From positions 16,802,001 through 16,866,000 of the forward strand of contig JBHGNT010000014.1 of the NCBI GenBank assembly GCA_043228905.1: DNA of 64,000 nucleotides, read 5' to 3'. This stretch comes from Azolla caroliniana (lineage: Eukaryota; Plantae; Polypodiophyta). The translations under genes were made by a program, and so were the position numbers. Below, piece after piece: positions 48,577-62,772 of this stretch. The notes beneath the pieces were generated by a model that was not told where the DNA came from, did not search any database, and worked only from the letters and a program-made list of their open reading frames with translations. Within the stretch, counting starts at the first letter, position 1, and every line of letters begins with the position of its first letter.

Positions 48577-51500
48577 ATGGCTCAAATTAACGACCCGATG
48601 TCATCCGCTCAAGCGGAAGGAACTCAAGGGAATCCTCCTGGACAAATGTCCACTGAGATGTATTTGGCACAAATAACCCAATTCCTTAGTTTCACCGCTC
48701 AACAGATGACCGAACTTCGGCAATCTCAGAGTGCTCTTGAGGCACGTGTCATTAGTCTACAACGTGAGACTAATAGACCTGATGAGCGACAAGGTGAACC
48801 ATCATTTGTCGTTAAGCCATTTACGGGAGACAAAAAGGAAAGAACCGAAGAAGCAATCTGCACATGGCTGGGACGATGGGAGTCTCATTTTGAGCTCTAT
48901 CCCACGCCATATAGTACGAAGATTGCATATGTCGGCCGAGAACTCGGGGGTAAGGCCGCCGCCTGGTGGCGTGGCCTCCGTACTATGGGGAAATTGCCCG
49001 ATACCTGGACAGATTTTGTCACGGTTTTTAAGGGCCAATTTCTGCAACCTCCCTCTCGAACTGAGGCAGCACAAGCTTTAATGAACCTCTCTAGCAGGAA
49101 ATTTTCCTCGCTAGAAGACTATGTTCACCATGCTAGAACCCAAATCCAAAAATCGGGTCTAGAAGGGGACAATTGGTTGATAGCTTGTTTTGTCAATGGC
49201 ATCCCCAATTCGGACTATCACTGGATAGTGCACGATAAGGATCCAAAATCCTTCGAAGAGGCCGTTGAAATAGTTCTTCGCTATCAACGCACTTTGAAGA
49301 AGGACCATAAAAAACCCAACGAAGCGCCCGGGACTAAGCAGTCGCAATTTGTTGGGAAACGCAAGACACCCAACGAATTCCTGGATCGCGATTGTAAGCG
49401 ACAACATCCTTTTTGTGTATTCTGCAAAAAGAAGGGTCATACAAAAGATCAATGTCGAAAGCTCCAACGGAAAGAGCACGACAACAAAGCTAAAGCTGCA
49501 GACCATAAAGGTCAGATTCCTAATGTCCTTCAGGTCTATACACACCATTTAAGTAATTGTCAATGTTCTTTCCCTCACTATGTATTGGGTCCCAATGATT
49601 TACTACGTGCAAACGGGTATATCAATGGATCTCCCGTACAATTTTTATTTGATTCGGGAAGCTCACACAATTTTGTGAATGATCGTTTGGTTCAGATATG
49701 GGGAATCCAACCCACCGTAAGTGATCACACCTACACGGTGCACTTGGCTGATGGAAGAGTACAATACATCAACGGGGCGATTCATTCATTAGGAATTTCT
49801 ATTGATACTTATATAGAGGAAGTAGACTTCCATGTAATGAATCTTTGTACCACCGATGTAATACTGGGTTATCCCTGGTTTTATAATAAAAACTCTTCTT
49901 TATTTATTGATTGGGTTCGTCATTCCATTTCTTTTGTACTGAACGATTGTACGCATTTTATTCAATGTGTAAAAAAACAATCCCTCTCGATTGTTTCCTC
50001 GTGTCCATCAATATCCGAGTTGTCTTGTTCTACGTTATTTTATTGTGTACTTGATCCGGACATTCACGTTTACAATATCGATAATGTCCCGATTCAATTA
50101 ACATATTTTGAACAACAACAACTTGATGAAATCTTAAATGATTTTCATGATGTTTTTCCAAGTGAACTACCTGATGGGTTACCTCCTAAACGTAATATAG
50201 ACCATCGTATAGATATTGTACCTGGTGTTGCACCAATAAGTATACCTCCGTATCGCTTAAGTCGATCCGAAGAAGATGAGGTATCTAAGCAACTCAAGGA
50301 CTATTTACGAATGGGTTATATACGTTATAGTAAATCTCCATGGGGTGCACCAGTTCTCTTGGTTAAAAAGAAAGAGGGCACATGGCGTATGTGTATTAAT
50401 TACCGACGCTTGAATAAAGTGACGATCAAGAATTCGTATCCATTGCCCCGGGCTGACGATCTAATTGACCGTCTCCAGGGAGCTCGGTATTTTACGAAAC
50501 TTGATCTCCGTACTGGCTACCATCAAATACGAATAAGTGAGGACGATGTTCCTAAAACGGCATTTCGTACGCGCTATGGCCATTACGAGTTTTTGGTTAT
50601 GCCTTTTGGTTTGACCAATGCTCCGGCTACTTTTCAACAAGAAATGAATGACATTTTCCGAGAACAACTTGGAAAATTTGTCGTTATTTTCTTGGATGAT
50701 ATTTTAGTTTATAGCCGTACATTACAAGAACATGCTAGACATGTCCGCTTTGTTTTACAAACATTGCGTGACAAACAGTTTTATGCGAAGATCTCAAAAT
50801 GTGAGTTCTTCAAGAAATCAATTACTTATCTAGGACATCTCATAACCGAACGCGGAGTTGAAATTGATCCTTCTCGCATTGAGAAAATCAAGCTTTGGCC
50901 CACTCTTCGGAATATTCGAGAAGTTCGATCATTCCTTGGTTTTGTGGGGTTTTTGCGAAAGTCTCTTCGTAATTACTCCCAATTGACGATGCCGTTTACT
51001 GATCTTTTAAAAGGTCAAACGCGTAAGTCTACAAAACCTATTGTGTGGAATGCTACACTAGACCTTGCCTTTAAGGAACTCAAGGACCTGGTTTGCAAGG
51101 CTCCTTCACTTCTTTTACCCGATCCTTCAAAACCTTTTGAGGTTGAAACCGATGCAAGCGATTATGCTATAGGTGCTGTCTTGTATCAAGATGGTAAACC
51201 AATAGCATTCGAGAGTAAGAAACTTGATTCTGCTCAATGTCGGTATACCGTTCAAGAAAAGGAATTATTTGCAGTTATACATGCGCTCAAAACATGGCGC
51301 CATTATCTTTATGGAAATCACTTTGTGGTAACTACGGACCACGAGTCCTTGAAATATTTTTGTGACCAACAAGACCTGAAAGGTCGTAAGGCACGATGGG
51401 CTGATCTCATCCAGGACTTTGATTTTTCCATACGATATCGTAAAGGTTCCATGAACACTGTCGCTGATGCACTAAGTCGCATCCGTGAAGTTAACACGCT

Positions 51501-53010
51501 TAGCTTCACTGAAATATCATCAGATCTTTATGATCACCTTCGAGGAAAGTATCCTGATGACAGTTATTTCGCAAAATACTGGGCAAGAGTTGAGTCTGGA
51601 ACAGACACCACCACATCCTCGAAGGAATACTTCCACATTGCTAACGGTTTGCTCTACCGTAATGGGAAGGTTTGTGTTCCAGATTTACCCGAGGTCAAAA
51701 AGAGGATTCTTTTTGAATGCCATGATGCACCCTCAGCAGGGCACCCTGGAATACATCGTACACTCGTTCTCATCTCCACTCAATTTTATTGGCCTAAGAT
51801 GCGTCCTGACATACATAGCTATGTGACTAAATGTCACCAGTGTCAGGTTAACAAAGCCGAGCGACTTAAAGCCGCAGGACTTTTACATCCCTTGGACATT
51901 CCCAATAATAAGTGGGAAAGTATATCCATGGATTTTATTGTTAGCCTTCCTCGCACCCAAAAAGGTCATGATGCCATCTGGGTTGTCGTTGATCGACTAA
52001 CTAAAATGGCCAGATTTATTGCTACTAAAACCACGGTAACAGCTCCTGAATTGGCTTACCAATTCGTTGACGAATTGTTTCGTTTTTATGGGTTACCGAT
52101 GGATATCGTGAGTGATCGAGATCCAAAGTTTACTAGTGACTTCTGGACGCAGGTCTTTAAGAAGTTAGAAACTACGTTGAGCATGAGCTCCACGGATCAT
52201 CCTCAATCCGATGGACAGACAGAACGAGTAAATCAAATTATTGAGGACATGCTTCGAGCATACGTTGGTGTAAAACCAACAAAATGGGAACGTTATCTCC
52301 CAATTTTGGAGTTTGCTTATAACAGCTCCAAGCATACGTCGACGGGATATAGTCCTTTTATGTTGATGTATGGTTTTCAGCCACGAGCCCCGATTGATGT
52401 TACTATACATCATGATGAGTTGCGAAGTACGCAAAACTTTCTTCAGGATATGCAAGATATGTTGCATATTGCACGAGATAATATAAAAACAGCTCAAGAT
52501 AGAGCGCGTTTTTATGCCGATCATCATAGGCAACCTCGTGTATTCAACCCTGGACAGAAGGTATTTTTACGTGTACCTCACAATTCTAAGACATTGTCTA
52601 TGGGTAAGTGCGCTAAGTTAGCCCCACGGTTTTGTGGACCTTTTACAGTCCTCAAACGCATTGGGTCATCAGCCTATCGTCTCGCTCTTCCCGATGGTGT
52701 CGGAATTCATCCAGTCTTTCATGTGAGTCGTCTAAAAGAACTTCTAGGTTCTGGCGACAATACAGCTACGACTGAAACTCTGGTTACTTCTGAAGAATTA
52801 TCTTCTAAACCACATGTACCAGAAAGAATTCTCGATGTTAAAACAAAAAAATTACGTACTAAAGAAATTCGAGAATTCAAAATAAAATGGATGGATAAAT
52901 CAATAAAAGATGCCACATGGGAACGCGAAAATACACTTAGAACTAACTTCCCTAACTTTCCATTGCAAGAGTGCAATGTTTTAAAGAGGGGGAGTATGTT
53001 ACGGGCATGA
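48577..53010 (+). CDS. Gag-Pol polyprotein, 1477 aa (gag, CCHC, protease, RT, RNase H, integrase, chromodomain)
   Basis: Single uninterrupted ORF with [76 protein letters not shown] and PERILD..FKIKW..ATWE. Confidence 0.98.
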   Translation: MAQINDPMSSAQAEGTQGNPPGQMSTEMYLAQITQFLSFTAQQMTELRQSQSALEARVISLQRETNRPDERQGEPSFVVKPFTGDKKERTEEAICTWLGRWESHFELYPTPYSTKIAYVGRELGGKAAAWWRGLRTMGKLPDTWTDFVTVFKGQFLQPPSRTEAAQALMNLSSRKFSSLEDYVHHARTQIQKSGLEGDNWLIACFVNGIPNSDYHWIVHDKDPKSFEEAVEIVLRYQRTLKKDHKKPNEAPGTKQSQFVGKRKTPNEFLDRDCKRQHPFCVFCKKKGHTKDQCRKLQRKEHDNKAKAADHKGQIPNVLQVYTHHLSNCQCSFPHYVLGPNDLLRANGYINGSPVQFLFDSGSSHNFVNDRLVQIWGIQPTVSDHTYTVHLADGRVQYINGAIHSLGISIDTYIEEVDFHVMNLCTTDVILGYPWFYNKNSSLFIDWVRHSISFVLNDCTHFIQCVKKQSLSIVSSCPSISELSCSTLFYCVLDPDIHVYNIDNVPIQLTYFEQQQLDEILNDFHDVFPSELPDGLPPKRNIDHRIDIVPGVAPISIPPYRLSRSEEDEVSKQLKDYLRMGYIRYSKSPWGAPVLLVKKKEGTWRMCINYRRLNKVTIKNSYPLPRADDLIDRLQGARYFTKLDLRTGYHQIRISEDDVPKTAFRTRYGHYEFLVMPFGLTNAPATFQQEMNDIFREQLGKFVVIFLDDILVYSRTLQEHARHVRFVLQTLRDKQFYAKISKCEFFKKSITYLGHLITERGVEIDPSRIEKIKLWPTLRNIREVRSFLGFVGFLRKSLRNYSQLTMPFTDLLKGQTRKSTKPIVWNATLDLAFKELKDLVCKAPSLLLPDPSKPFEVETDASDYAIGAVLYQDGKPIAFESKKLDSAQCRYTVQEKELFAVIHALKTWRHYLYGNHFVVTTDHESLKYFCDQQDLKGRKARWADLIQDFDFSIRYRKGSMNTVADALSRIREVNTLSFTEISSDLYDHLRGKYPDDSYFAKYWARVESGTDTTTSSKEYFHIANGLLYRNGKVCVPDLPEVKKRILFECHDAPSAGHPGIHRTLVLISTQFYWPKMRPDIHSYVTKCHQCQVNKAERLKAAGLLHPLDIPNNKWESISMDFIVSLPRTQKGHDAIWVVVDRLTKMARFIATKTTVTAPELAYQFVDELFRFYGLPMDIVSDRDPKFTSDFWTQVFKKLETTLSMSSTDHPQSDGQTERVNQIIEDMLRAYVGVKPTKWERYLPILEFAYNSSKHTSTGYSPFMLMYGFQPRAPIDVTIHHDELRSTQNFLQDMQDMLHIARDNIKTAQDRARFYADHHRQPRVFNPGQKVFLRVPHNSKTLSMGKCAKLAPRFCGPFTVLKRIGSSAYRLALPDGVGIHPVFHVSRLKELLGSGDNTATTETLVTSEELSSKPHVPERILDVKTKKLRTKEIREFKIKWMDKSIKDATWERENTLRTNFPNFPLQECNVLKRGSMLRA

Positions 53011-53452
53011 CCATATAATATCCCGTGGTAAGAATTTACCGTAGTATTCTATACACGTGGATAAGTGTGAGGGTTAAAGGAGAGTGTAAAGAAGGGGAGG
53101 ATTACTTTTAATCCTCGGGATTGAGACAACCCATTAGGTCAAGTGTGAACTTGCCTGGGGGCCTTGGGTTTCGCTATAAATAAGAGGCCTAGCTACCCTC
53201 ATTTGATCATCTTTTTGACTACATCGAGACTCTGCTCGTGTGGTGGGTCAACTCTTGTAGCGAGCGCGCCAGCACCAGGTACGACTCGACGCCACGGCGG
53301 TGGTATGGGACGCCGATCGAGGCTCGAGTCCGTCTCGATCCCTTCGCTCGGGGGTGGTCGGGTGGATCGGCACCCTTCTTTCTCTTTCTCCTTTCTATCT
53401 ATTTCTTCATTATCCTTATCTTAAGCTTACATTAGTATTATGATCTATAATA
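52997..53452 (+). repeat. 3' LTR (456 bp, TG...TA)
   Basis: Direct repeat of 46432-46887. Confidence 0.97.
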
Positions 53453-55894
53453 GGAGAGATATGGAATAAGAGGCTTGGCCATATGAGGGAGAAGGGAATG
53501 CATATCGTACCCGACCATAAAATCCTTCCAGAAGTAAAAGGAGTGCACTTGGAGAAGTGTGTTGACTGCTTGGTCGGAAAGCAAAACAGAGCTGCATTCC
53601 ACTCGAGACCACCAAGGAGAAGAGAAGCTGCATTGGAACTAGTACACACAGATGTGTGCTACGTGGATGCTCCGTCGCATCAAGAAGAGTAGTACTTTGT
53701 GACTTTCTTTGAAGATTATAGTCAAAAGTTGTGGGTTTCATACTGAAGTCGAAGGATCAAGTATTATTTGTATTCAAGGAGTTCCAGGCCAGAGCTGAAA
53801 GAGAGCCGGGTTGGAAGCTAAAGGCTGTTCGAACTAACAACGGTGACGAGTGCAAAGGAAAGTTCAAAAAGTACTGCAAGTCCCAAGTTATTCGAGTCAA
53901 ATACACAGTGCCAAAAACCCCTAAGCTGAAAGGGCTTAGAGAGAGGATGAATCAAACTATTATGGAGGGAGTGAGGAGCATGTTGTCGCATGCAAAGTTG
54001 CCGAAATCATATTGGGTTACTCGGAGGATGAATTCGGTGACAGGTTGTGGAACCTTCTTGATAAGAAGATTGTGAGGAGTTGAGACATAGTATTCATGGA
54101 AGATAAAACAATCGAAGACTGGAAACAACAACAGTCGGGGACGTCTTCTCGACCAACTCCGAACACAGGATTAGTCGTCACATCACAATCGATTGTTAGA
54201 AGATAGCCAGTTGGAACAGGCGAATATGAGATGAACCGACTAATGCATATGAATCAGAGTCGACATAGCTACAAGAGTCAGTGGAGGCATATGAGTCGGA
54301 GTCAGTAGAACTCCGACAACCGACCGACATGCACAAACCCGAACCGAATGAAGAGTTGGCAGAGACATTTGAACCTGAGCGGACAGTGGGAGGCAGGAGA
54401 TATCCACTTAGAGAAAGGAGAGCACCGACTTGATATGCCAGTCAATACATCCTCTTGACTGATGAAGGTGAGCTAGAATGCTATGATGAAGCCATAACTG
54501 ACGAGCACAAAGAGAAGTGGCAGAGTGCAATGCAAGACGAGATGGACTCCTTGCATGAAAATTGCACCTATGACTTGGTTGAGTTGCCAAAAGGGAAGAG
54601 AGCACTCTGAAATAAATAGGTCTACAAGGTGAATACTGGAGAAGTCGACAACACACCCAGATATAAATCCCACATTGTGGTGAAGATGACATCCATCCGA
54701 CTTGTTCTGAGCATAACTGCCAGTATGGATATGGAAATTGAACAGTTGGATGTCAAAACAACATTCTTGCATGGGGAATTAGACGAAGAAATCTACATGC
54801 AGCAACCCGAAGGCTTTGTGGAGAAAGGAAAAGAGAACTTGGTGTGTTGACTGAAGAAAAGCGTATATGGTTTGAAACAAGCTCCACACCAATGGTACAA
54901 GAAGTTCAAATCCTTCATGCTGGAACATGGGTTCCATAAAACACAAGCTGACCATTGTGTATTTGTCAAAAGGTACAATGAAGGCGACTTCTTGATTCTT
55001 TTGCTATATGTGGACATGTTGATAGTCAGACAAGATACCAAGAAGATTGGAATCTTGAAGAAAGCACTAGGGAAGTCGTTTTCCTTGAAAGATCTTGGGA
55101 ATGCACATAGTTGGGGACAGAACTAAGAAAGTGCTATGGTTGTCACAAGAAAAATATGTGACAAAGATCTTGGAAAGATTCAACATGTCAGAAGCAAAGC
55201 CAATCGGTTATGTGTTGCCGACAAACTGCAAGATGAATACCAAGGAATACCCAAAAGGGGAGAAGGAAAAGGCCGAGATGAGGAAAGTACCATATGCCTC
55301 AGCTGTTAGTAGTTTAATGTATGCTATGGTATGTACAAGGCTAGACATAGCATTGGTTCTGGGAGCAGTAAGCCGCTACATGATTAATCCAAGAAGAGAA
55401 CATTGGGTAACAATCAAGTGGATACTCAAGTACTTGAAAGGCACTTTGGGGGTGTGCCTCAAGGATGGTGTTGGAAACCCCATGGTCAAAGGGTTTACCG
55501 ACTCATACTTGTCAGGGGATGTAGACTCAAGCCGATCCACGTCAAGATATATGATGACCCATGTAGGGGGAGTAGTGTCGTGACAATCAAGACTGCAAAA
55601 GTTTGTGGCCTTGTCGACCAATGAAGCAAAGACAATTCTTAGTTCATTGTGACAATCAGAGTTCCATATATCTAACCAAGAACGTTGCGTATCACTCCCG
55701 GACCAAACACATACAGAGAATCTATCACTGGTTGCGAGAGAAAGTGGACGAAGGAGAGTTTACCCTCGTGAATATCCATATTGACGAAAATGGATCCGAC
55801 ATGCTCACCAAGAACCTACCTATGGACAGACTTAGAGTCTATTGACAATTGACAAGACTAGTTGGCTCCGTCCCACATGAATGAAGGGGGAGTT

Positions 55895-56602
55895 TGTTAG
55901 AAATATGTCCCTCCTATGGGAGGAGCCAACTGGTCGGACTGAAGAAGAGCCAAAAGTCGAAGACAAGTAATAACTGACTAGTCGGGCCACAGAAGAGTCA
56001 ACAATCGAAGATAACGGAGAGTCGACAATATTGGATAGATGATCCAATGACAAGAGACTAGTCAGGTCGACTGGATAACCAACATGGGAGTCGGCTAGTC
56101 AAGCCGACTAGAAAATCGACATAGGAGTCAATTAGTCGGCTGCTCAATTGAGTTTATTATTATGAATAGATAATAGTAATAATATTAGCTGCTATATTTG
56201 TAAATAGCCCATATCGTGTATAAGTATAAATACACCTAGGACAAACATAATTGTTGTAGAGTTCAGAACATAACTTAGAGCTTATGTATTGTGTGTAACA
56301 AAGGAGTAAGAGAGTGAGACGCATGAGAGCGCGAGTGAGCGGCGCCATAGTTGTAGGATACACTCGTAATAGAGAGACTCGCATGGCTGATACACTCGTA
56401 ATAGAGAGTGTTGTAATCTGTTCTCTCTTTGTATATTTTTGCTATAGTGATTCTCTGTTCCCGTGGTTTTTCCTAGTTTAGGGTTTCCACATTAAATATT
56501 GTGTATTGTGTATTGTGTATTGTGCATTCTATGTACATTTATCTATTTTAGTGTATCTATTTCTGTTCATCTTTCTCACAGATCTGTGGTCCGAGCCCAT
56601 CA
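55895..56602 (+). repeat. 3' LTR of the Copia element
   Basis: TGTTAG follows the PPT. The end ...CCCATCA is chosen by analogy with the related solo LTR; an alternative end is 56580. Confidence 0.75.
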
Positions 56603-57334
56603 CCATGGTGTTGTCCGCCAGGATAGTAATCGGCGGACAAGAGCATAGGAATAATAAATAATATAAGATCATAACGCATGTAACGGTTCACGCAGGAAGC
56701 GTGAACGGTTAGATAGACCCTGCATATATAAAGGGCAGAAAACCTCTGATAGAGGGAGCGTGTAATTTTGGGAATGTAAAGAGATGTATCATAATAGAAT
56801 TCTATCTTCTCTAAAAGTCTGTGCATAGCTACGGCTAATTTGTTGTGTGTCTAGAATACCCGACCGTGTAAGAACGTAAGTGTAACCATTGCTAAGGAGT
56901 CGGTTGAAGCTGTCTCCCTCATACGCTGATAGGTTACAGGGAACATTCCCCTATGCATGACACATAGACGCCTATTCGTTGTTCCACAACCACTTGGAGG
57001 TCTAGGTCGAAGCACTGACTGCGGACCGTGTTCCTAATCGGTAACACTTTTGGCACGCTTGGTGATCTGTGTCTTCTCACAGACGAGCAACGACGAATGG
57101 ATGTTTAGCTGCAAACGCCCCAGAGAACCAACACGACAAGACCGGCCAATCACAAGGTCCGTCACATGTCAGGCAGAAGAACGCGGACGGCAAAAGCCTC
57201 GCCTCAGCAACCTCAGTACTACCTGCCGTGATTACAAAGGTGATTCTTCGCTTTCCAAATACCTCGACGAGACGCGGGGACTACGCTCATCACAGCCACC
57301 CTGTGGTCTTTCCCGACCCGCCGTAGCCCCTAGC

Positions 57335-60300
57335 ATGGCCTTTGCCTACCCCCGCTTTAATGGCGAAACCGACGCCGCAACTCATATTCGCATGTTCCTT
57401 AATGTCTGGAATGCGAACCACATGGCGCAAAGCCTTTTGGAGGCGGTAGTGCACCAGTCGAAAATGACGGAGTTTGGGTTAACATTGGATGGGCGAGCGG
57501 CATTTTGGCATTCACAGATGGATTTACCGGCAATAACAACCTTCGATCAACTGCAGTCCGCTTTCTTGCGGTTCTTCCATCGGAGGGTTCCACAACGCGA
57601 AATCCTCGGACAGTTCTACACGATTAAGCAATTGCCGACCGAAACGATAGCAGACTTCAACTTACGTTTCCAAAATTTACGGCGGAAACTAGAACGGAGC
57701 CTCGTGGAGGATGAGGCTCGAGAAACATTTCTGGCAGCATTACGCCGACCCATCCGGGCAACGCTCAACAACAATAGCGTGAAAGGGGAAACGACGGATA
57801 TGGTCATTGAATGAGCGTTACAACTCGAGTTGGACGAGGAGGAGGAAAGGTTTTCTATGTCCCCCTTACAACAAGCGTTACCCCAGGATGAGGAACGCCA
57901 GTTTCGTCAAGCAATCCAGTGCACGATCTGCTTGAACTCGGGGCATTCCGTAATGGAGTGGAATATGCGAATCCACTGCCCAATCTACCACTCGAAGGCT
58001 CACACAGTCGAACAATGCGAATACAATATGTTGAACAGAGCCATTCCCGCAGTCCGCAACATGGACACCCAGCGTCCACCATGCCAGACTGAACAAAGGA
58101 GGCAAGAAGACTGACCACGGTATATGGATCGCAACCCACGCGAGGACCAGCACCACCGGAATCGCCGAAATCACAACGATTCCGAGGAGGACAAACGTGA
58201 GGAAGAGGATTATCGTGGACATCCGAGTTATGCTAAAGGGGGCCGCCGCTACGAGAATCACCAGCTGACAAACAAACGGGTTGGCTTCAATGGTTATTGT
58301 GGTAAGCCGCGGCAATATCGAGATCACCGGCATTACGACGAAAGCTCGGGAGATGAGCGACACTAGGAACAACGATGGGACCAACAACAACCACCGCGTG
58401 CATTCCGACAAACGAGGCCGGACCGCGAGGAGCAAGTAGCACCAGGGGAGCGGCACACACCACCAGGAGCCGAGAAGGGTGAATAGAGCATCCATTGTTT
58501 TATTTGTCAGCAGCCCAGACATTATGCCACGCAATGCCCAACACGCAAGGGAAAGGGACCCGCTATCAATACGATTAAGGCGGAAGTGTAGCAAGTCACG
58601 ACACGCCAACAAACAAAAACGGCTGATTGGGCTGTGCAAGACGAGATACGCTGACAAGCCCAGGCATGGGTGGAAAAAGCAAACGCGACAAATACAGAGC
58701 GCATGCGGAAGGAGTTCGCGAACGCGAGGGAGCGAACAGAGGACGAAGGACCGGTCCCGGACCCCATTTGGTAGGCATTAGCGGGCTGCGAGATAACGTT
58801 AACCATGGAGAAACTGCTGTAGCTAGTCCCATGCTTCCGCCAGACCATGGAAGAACAGGTGACAGGCATACCTGAGGTGAGTATCGCTACAAACCTTACA
58901 GACATTAGCGACGGACCGCCGGTAGTGGACCAACACAACCCGACTATTACATTAATATTACACGGATAGGAAATTCCTAGATGCGTAATCGACGACGGCT
59001 CAGGCATCAATGTAATTAGCGCGAAAACTTGCGAGTAGTTAGGCATTTTAGAATGGGAGGCTTGCCCATTCTGGCTCCAAATGGCAGATACCCGCTCAGT
59101 ACGACCATTGGGGTTAATTCGCAAAATAGGCATTATCGTGGGCGGACACCGCTTCGACATCTCGGCGGTCGTCCTCGCCTTGGATGCCCCAAGGGCGTAC
59201 CTAGTGCTTTTGGGCAAACCATGGATTCGGGCAACAAATATCAAGCAGAGCTGGCAACACAAGTGTATCAGTTTCCGACAGGATGCACCAAGGTTCGTGT
59301 ACCTACGGAAGGAAGCACGCCACAACCCAAGGGTATAACACCATTATAAGCAGAAGATATAAATATGTTGGTTGGGGTGGAGGATGCAGAATTAGAGGCA
59401 TACCTAGATGAGCACCCACAGATCATTCCGGTGTTCGAAATCGACGTCATCGCAATGACGACAGGATATGCCATGGACACTATTCTCCACGACGAGGCTT
59501 ACGAACCAAACCCAGAGTCCATATTGGAACTCAGTAGAGCACGGGCGGCATTCGAAAGGGAAATGGAGATTTCATGACGAGTCACCGCTTCCGCCCTGGA
59601 AGAAGTAAATGTGGGTACGGAATTGGAGCCTCGTTTCCTCTCCATCGCAAAGGAATTAAAGCCGGACCAGAGAAACACGATGATCACACTACTCACGAAA
59701 TATAAAGATGTGTTCGCTTGGGCTCACGAGGACATGAAGGGGTTAGATCCCAAGTTCTATCAGCATAAGATCAATTTAGCAACCGACACGAAACCTGTCC
59801 AGCAGCGCCGCTACCGCATGAACCCGAACTACGCGACCCGCGTGAAAGAAGAAATTGACAAGCTCCTGAAGGCGGGGTTTAAACGGCCAGTTAAACAAGC
59901 AACATGGTTAAGCCCGATAGTGGTCGTTCCAAAGAAAAACGGCAAAATACGGGTATGCGTAGATTACCAAAAATTGAACGTCTTAACCATTACAGACGCA
60001 TTTCCCTTACCCTTCACCGATAGCGTACTGGACGCCGTCGCAGGACATGAGATGTACAGTTTTTTAGATGACTTTAGTGTCTATAACTAGGTACGCATGC
60101 ATCCCGAGGACCAAGAAAAGACGACATTTGTCACGGACTGGGGAGTCTATGTGGCAGTCGTCATGATGTTCGGGCTAAAGACGGTGCCGACAACATTTCA
60201 ACGGACAATTACGGAGATCTTTGGGGAATACATTCCGGCGTTCATGCAAGATTTTTTAGAAGACTTTGCGGTATATGGGAGAACAATAGACCATTTTACG

Positions 60301-62430
60301 CACTTACAACTGTGCATGGAACGTTGCCGCACCGCACGCTTAAGCCTGAATCTCGCGAAATGTGCTTTGGGCATGACCAGCGGGACTCTCCTAGGCCATA
60401 TAGTAAGCAAGGAGGGAATAGCGGTTGATCCGAACAAGATCTCCACGATTACGCAAGCCAAAACTCCGACAAACGCCAAATCGCTCAACCGGTTTTTAGG
60501 ACAAATACGGTGGCATAGTTGGATGATACGATATTTGGCGGACTTCGCCACGCTGTTACATGCTGCCGTACATCTGACTCCTTTCCAATGGACTGCAATG
60601 GAGGATAAGGCCTATGAGGCACTTACGATAATGCTCACACAGGCCCCCGTCGTACAACCACCAGTTTGGGCGAAGCCATTTCACGTGTTCGTCGACGCCT
60701 CGGACATAGCAATAGGAAGTGCACAAATGCAGCTCACCGAACCAAACTGGTACTGGCCAATGTACTACGCTAGTCACAAATTATCAACAGCAGAGCGTAA
60801 CTATTCCACAACGGAGCGGGAAGCGCTAGGGATGATCTATAACATCAATAAATTCTGGCATTATTTACTAGGATGGAAATTCACTTTCCACGTGGATCAT
60901 TCGGCGCTGCTGTATTTGGTGGAGAAACAAGCCATGACGGGGAAATTGGCGTGGTGGATGCTGCTGCTCCAAGAATTCGATTTCGTAATCCAACACCGAC
61001 CAGGGATGCAACACGCAGTGGCGGACTTTTTGAGCAGAGTCGAGAATGGAGAAACAGTACAGAAAGATGACGACGATTTTCCGGACGCCGACATCCTGCG
61101 AGTAGCAACACTAGCAGAAAGAACAGAATCGACCTTTCCGGACTGGTGGCTTATGCAAATGACGTACTTTTTGACTACGGGACTTCCTCCACCACAATTA
61201 CGCACGGACGAGAAGAAACGACTAGTCATCCGAAGCCGTCACTTCTGCCTCGTCGAAGGTGTTTTATATCACAAAGGAAGTGACGGCATTTGGCGACGTG
61301 GGGTACGTTAGGATGAGAAGGAAGCAATTTTACGGCAGGCGCACTACAACACGGCAGGCGGCCATTACGCGAGCGACGTTACAACCCGGAAAGTATGGCA
61401 AGTGGGCTTGTGGTGGCCAACAACACAGAAGGACGCATCTGAGTATTGTAGAAAGTGTGATTTGTGTCAACGGATGGGCCAGCCCGTGGAGGGCGTAAGG
61501 ATGCCACACTAGCCCGTATTACCACTCGACCCCTTCCAAAAGTGGGGATTGGATTTTGTGGGCCCCTTCACACCGGCGGCAGCCCGTACGGGCAATAAAT
61601 ACATATTGGTAGCCACGGATTATTGCACCAAGTGAAATACGTGAAAATACGGCGGCCGTCACAACCAGATTCCTTTACGAGCACATCTGGTGCCGGTTTG
61701 GCCGTCCGATTGAGCTCATCAATGACCAGGGGAGTCACTTTCTCAATACCGTGGTTCGGGAACTAACACATCATTACGCCATAGTCCATAAGAAGAGTAT
61801 GCTGTATTATCCACAAGCGAATGGGTTTGTAGAATCCACCAACAAGACGTTGCAGACCATTTTGAAGAAAATCGTCAATGAAAATAGAACGGACTGGGAT
61901 ACCAAATTACAGAGTGTGTTATGGGCGTACAGAACCAGCTACAAAACAAGCATACAATCAACACCGTTTCGACTAGTGTTTGGGCTGGAGGCTGTGATGC
62001 CGGTCGAATTTCAGGTACCCAGTTTGCGGATTCAGGTACGGAACCGACTATCAGAAGCCAACTACTCGACCAACAACTCGAACTTGGGGAAAAACGCGTA
62101 CACAGCATGGCTGTGTTGGAGCAGGAACAATGACGACGTAAAGCGTTTGTGGATCGACATCGGAACGCAAGGGAAAAGGAGTTCGCCGTGGGTTGAGTGG
62201 TGCTGGTTTTCCAAACCCGCATGGGCCATATACCAGGGAAGTTACGATTCAGCTGGACCGGCCCATACTGGATAATTGGAGCGGAACAAGGCACGTTCCA
62301 ACTAGGTATGCTGGCCGGGGAAGTAGTACGACAAAAGGTGAATGGGTTTCGGTTCAAACCTTACCTGGGCCCTACGCCACCTAACCCATTCATCGCCGAA
62401 CAGGACAGAGCCGGAGAACCTGCAACGTAA
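57335..62430 (+). pseudogene. gag-pol pseudogene of the non-chromovirus Gypsy
   Basis: Collinear ORF fragments 57050-57814, 57830-58114, 59081-59338, 59611-60090, 60097-61311, 61751-62275 and 62197-62430. Confidence 0.92.
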
Positions 62431-62772
62431 ATGGACGGCCCCACTTGTACCATAATGTAAAAATAGGTTGTAGATAACCGTTATGAAAAAAAGAAAAAAA
62501 AGAAAAAAGAGAGAGAAGATAACGACTATTAAAAAGACTAAATGCATGCACAAACTCCTAGTTTAAGAACACGTGGCACCACGATGGCTCACCGCCCAAT
62601 GAACCCTAAGCCACAAAAGGAAGGAAATAGATGATTTTCTGCACAAAACAGAAACCCATCTTCTAGCTATCAGCGCTCCCATCGCTCCTCCCCCTCACCT
62701 TCTCCTCCATCCTACCACAGAGCTTCAGCCCACCGCAACCACCGATCTCCTTCCCACGAACCTCCTCTTACG

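Larger units (their letters stand above)
46432..53452 (+). mobile_element. Intact full-length Ty3/Gypsy chromovirus, recent insertion
   Basis: LTRs 46432-46887 and 52997-53452 look identical by eye. TSD GGAGA at 46427-46431 and 53453-53457. PBS TGGTATCAGA (tRNA-iMet) at 46890-46899. PPT AAAGAGGGGGAG at 52983-52994. Confidence 0.98.
46352..56602 (+). mobile_element. Degenerate Ty1/Copia element (5'-truncated), interrupted by the intact Gypsy at 46432-53452
   Basis: The frame KHGTLYMMQAKLCKDEANVAADSSG|EIWNKRLGHMREKG continues across the insertion. Integrase (LELVHTDVC, VRTNNGDE), RT (QLDVKTTFLHGELDEEIYM, LLYVDM) and RNase H (HCDNQS, HSRTKHI) follow. PPT GAAGGGGGAG precedes the 3' LTR. Confidence 0.9.

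Noticed and set aside
57878-59325. Long antisense ORFs (259 aa and 267 aa)
   Set aside because: Shadow frames of GC-rich gag/protease sequence with no recognisable domain.
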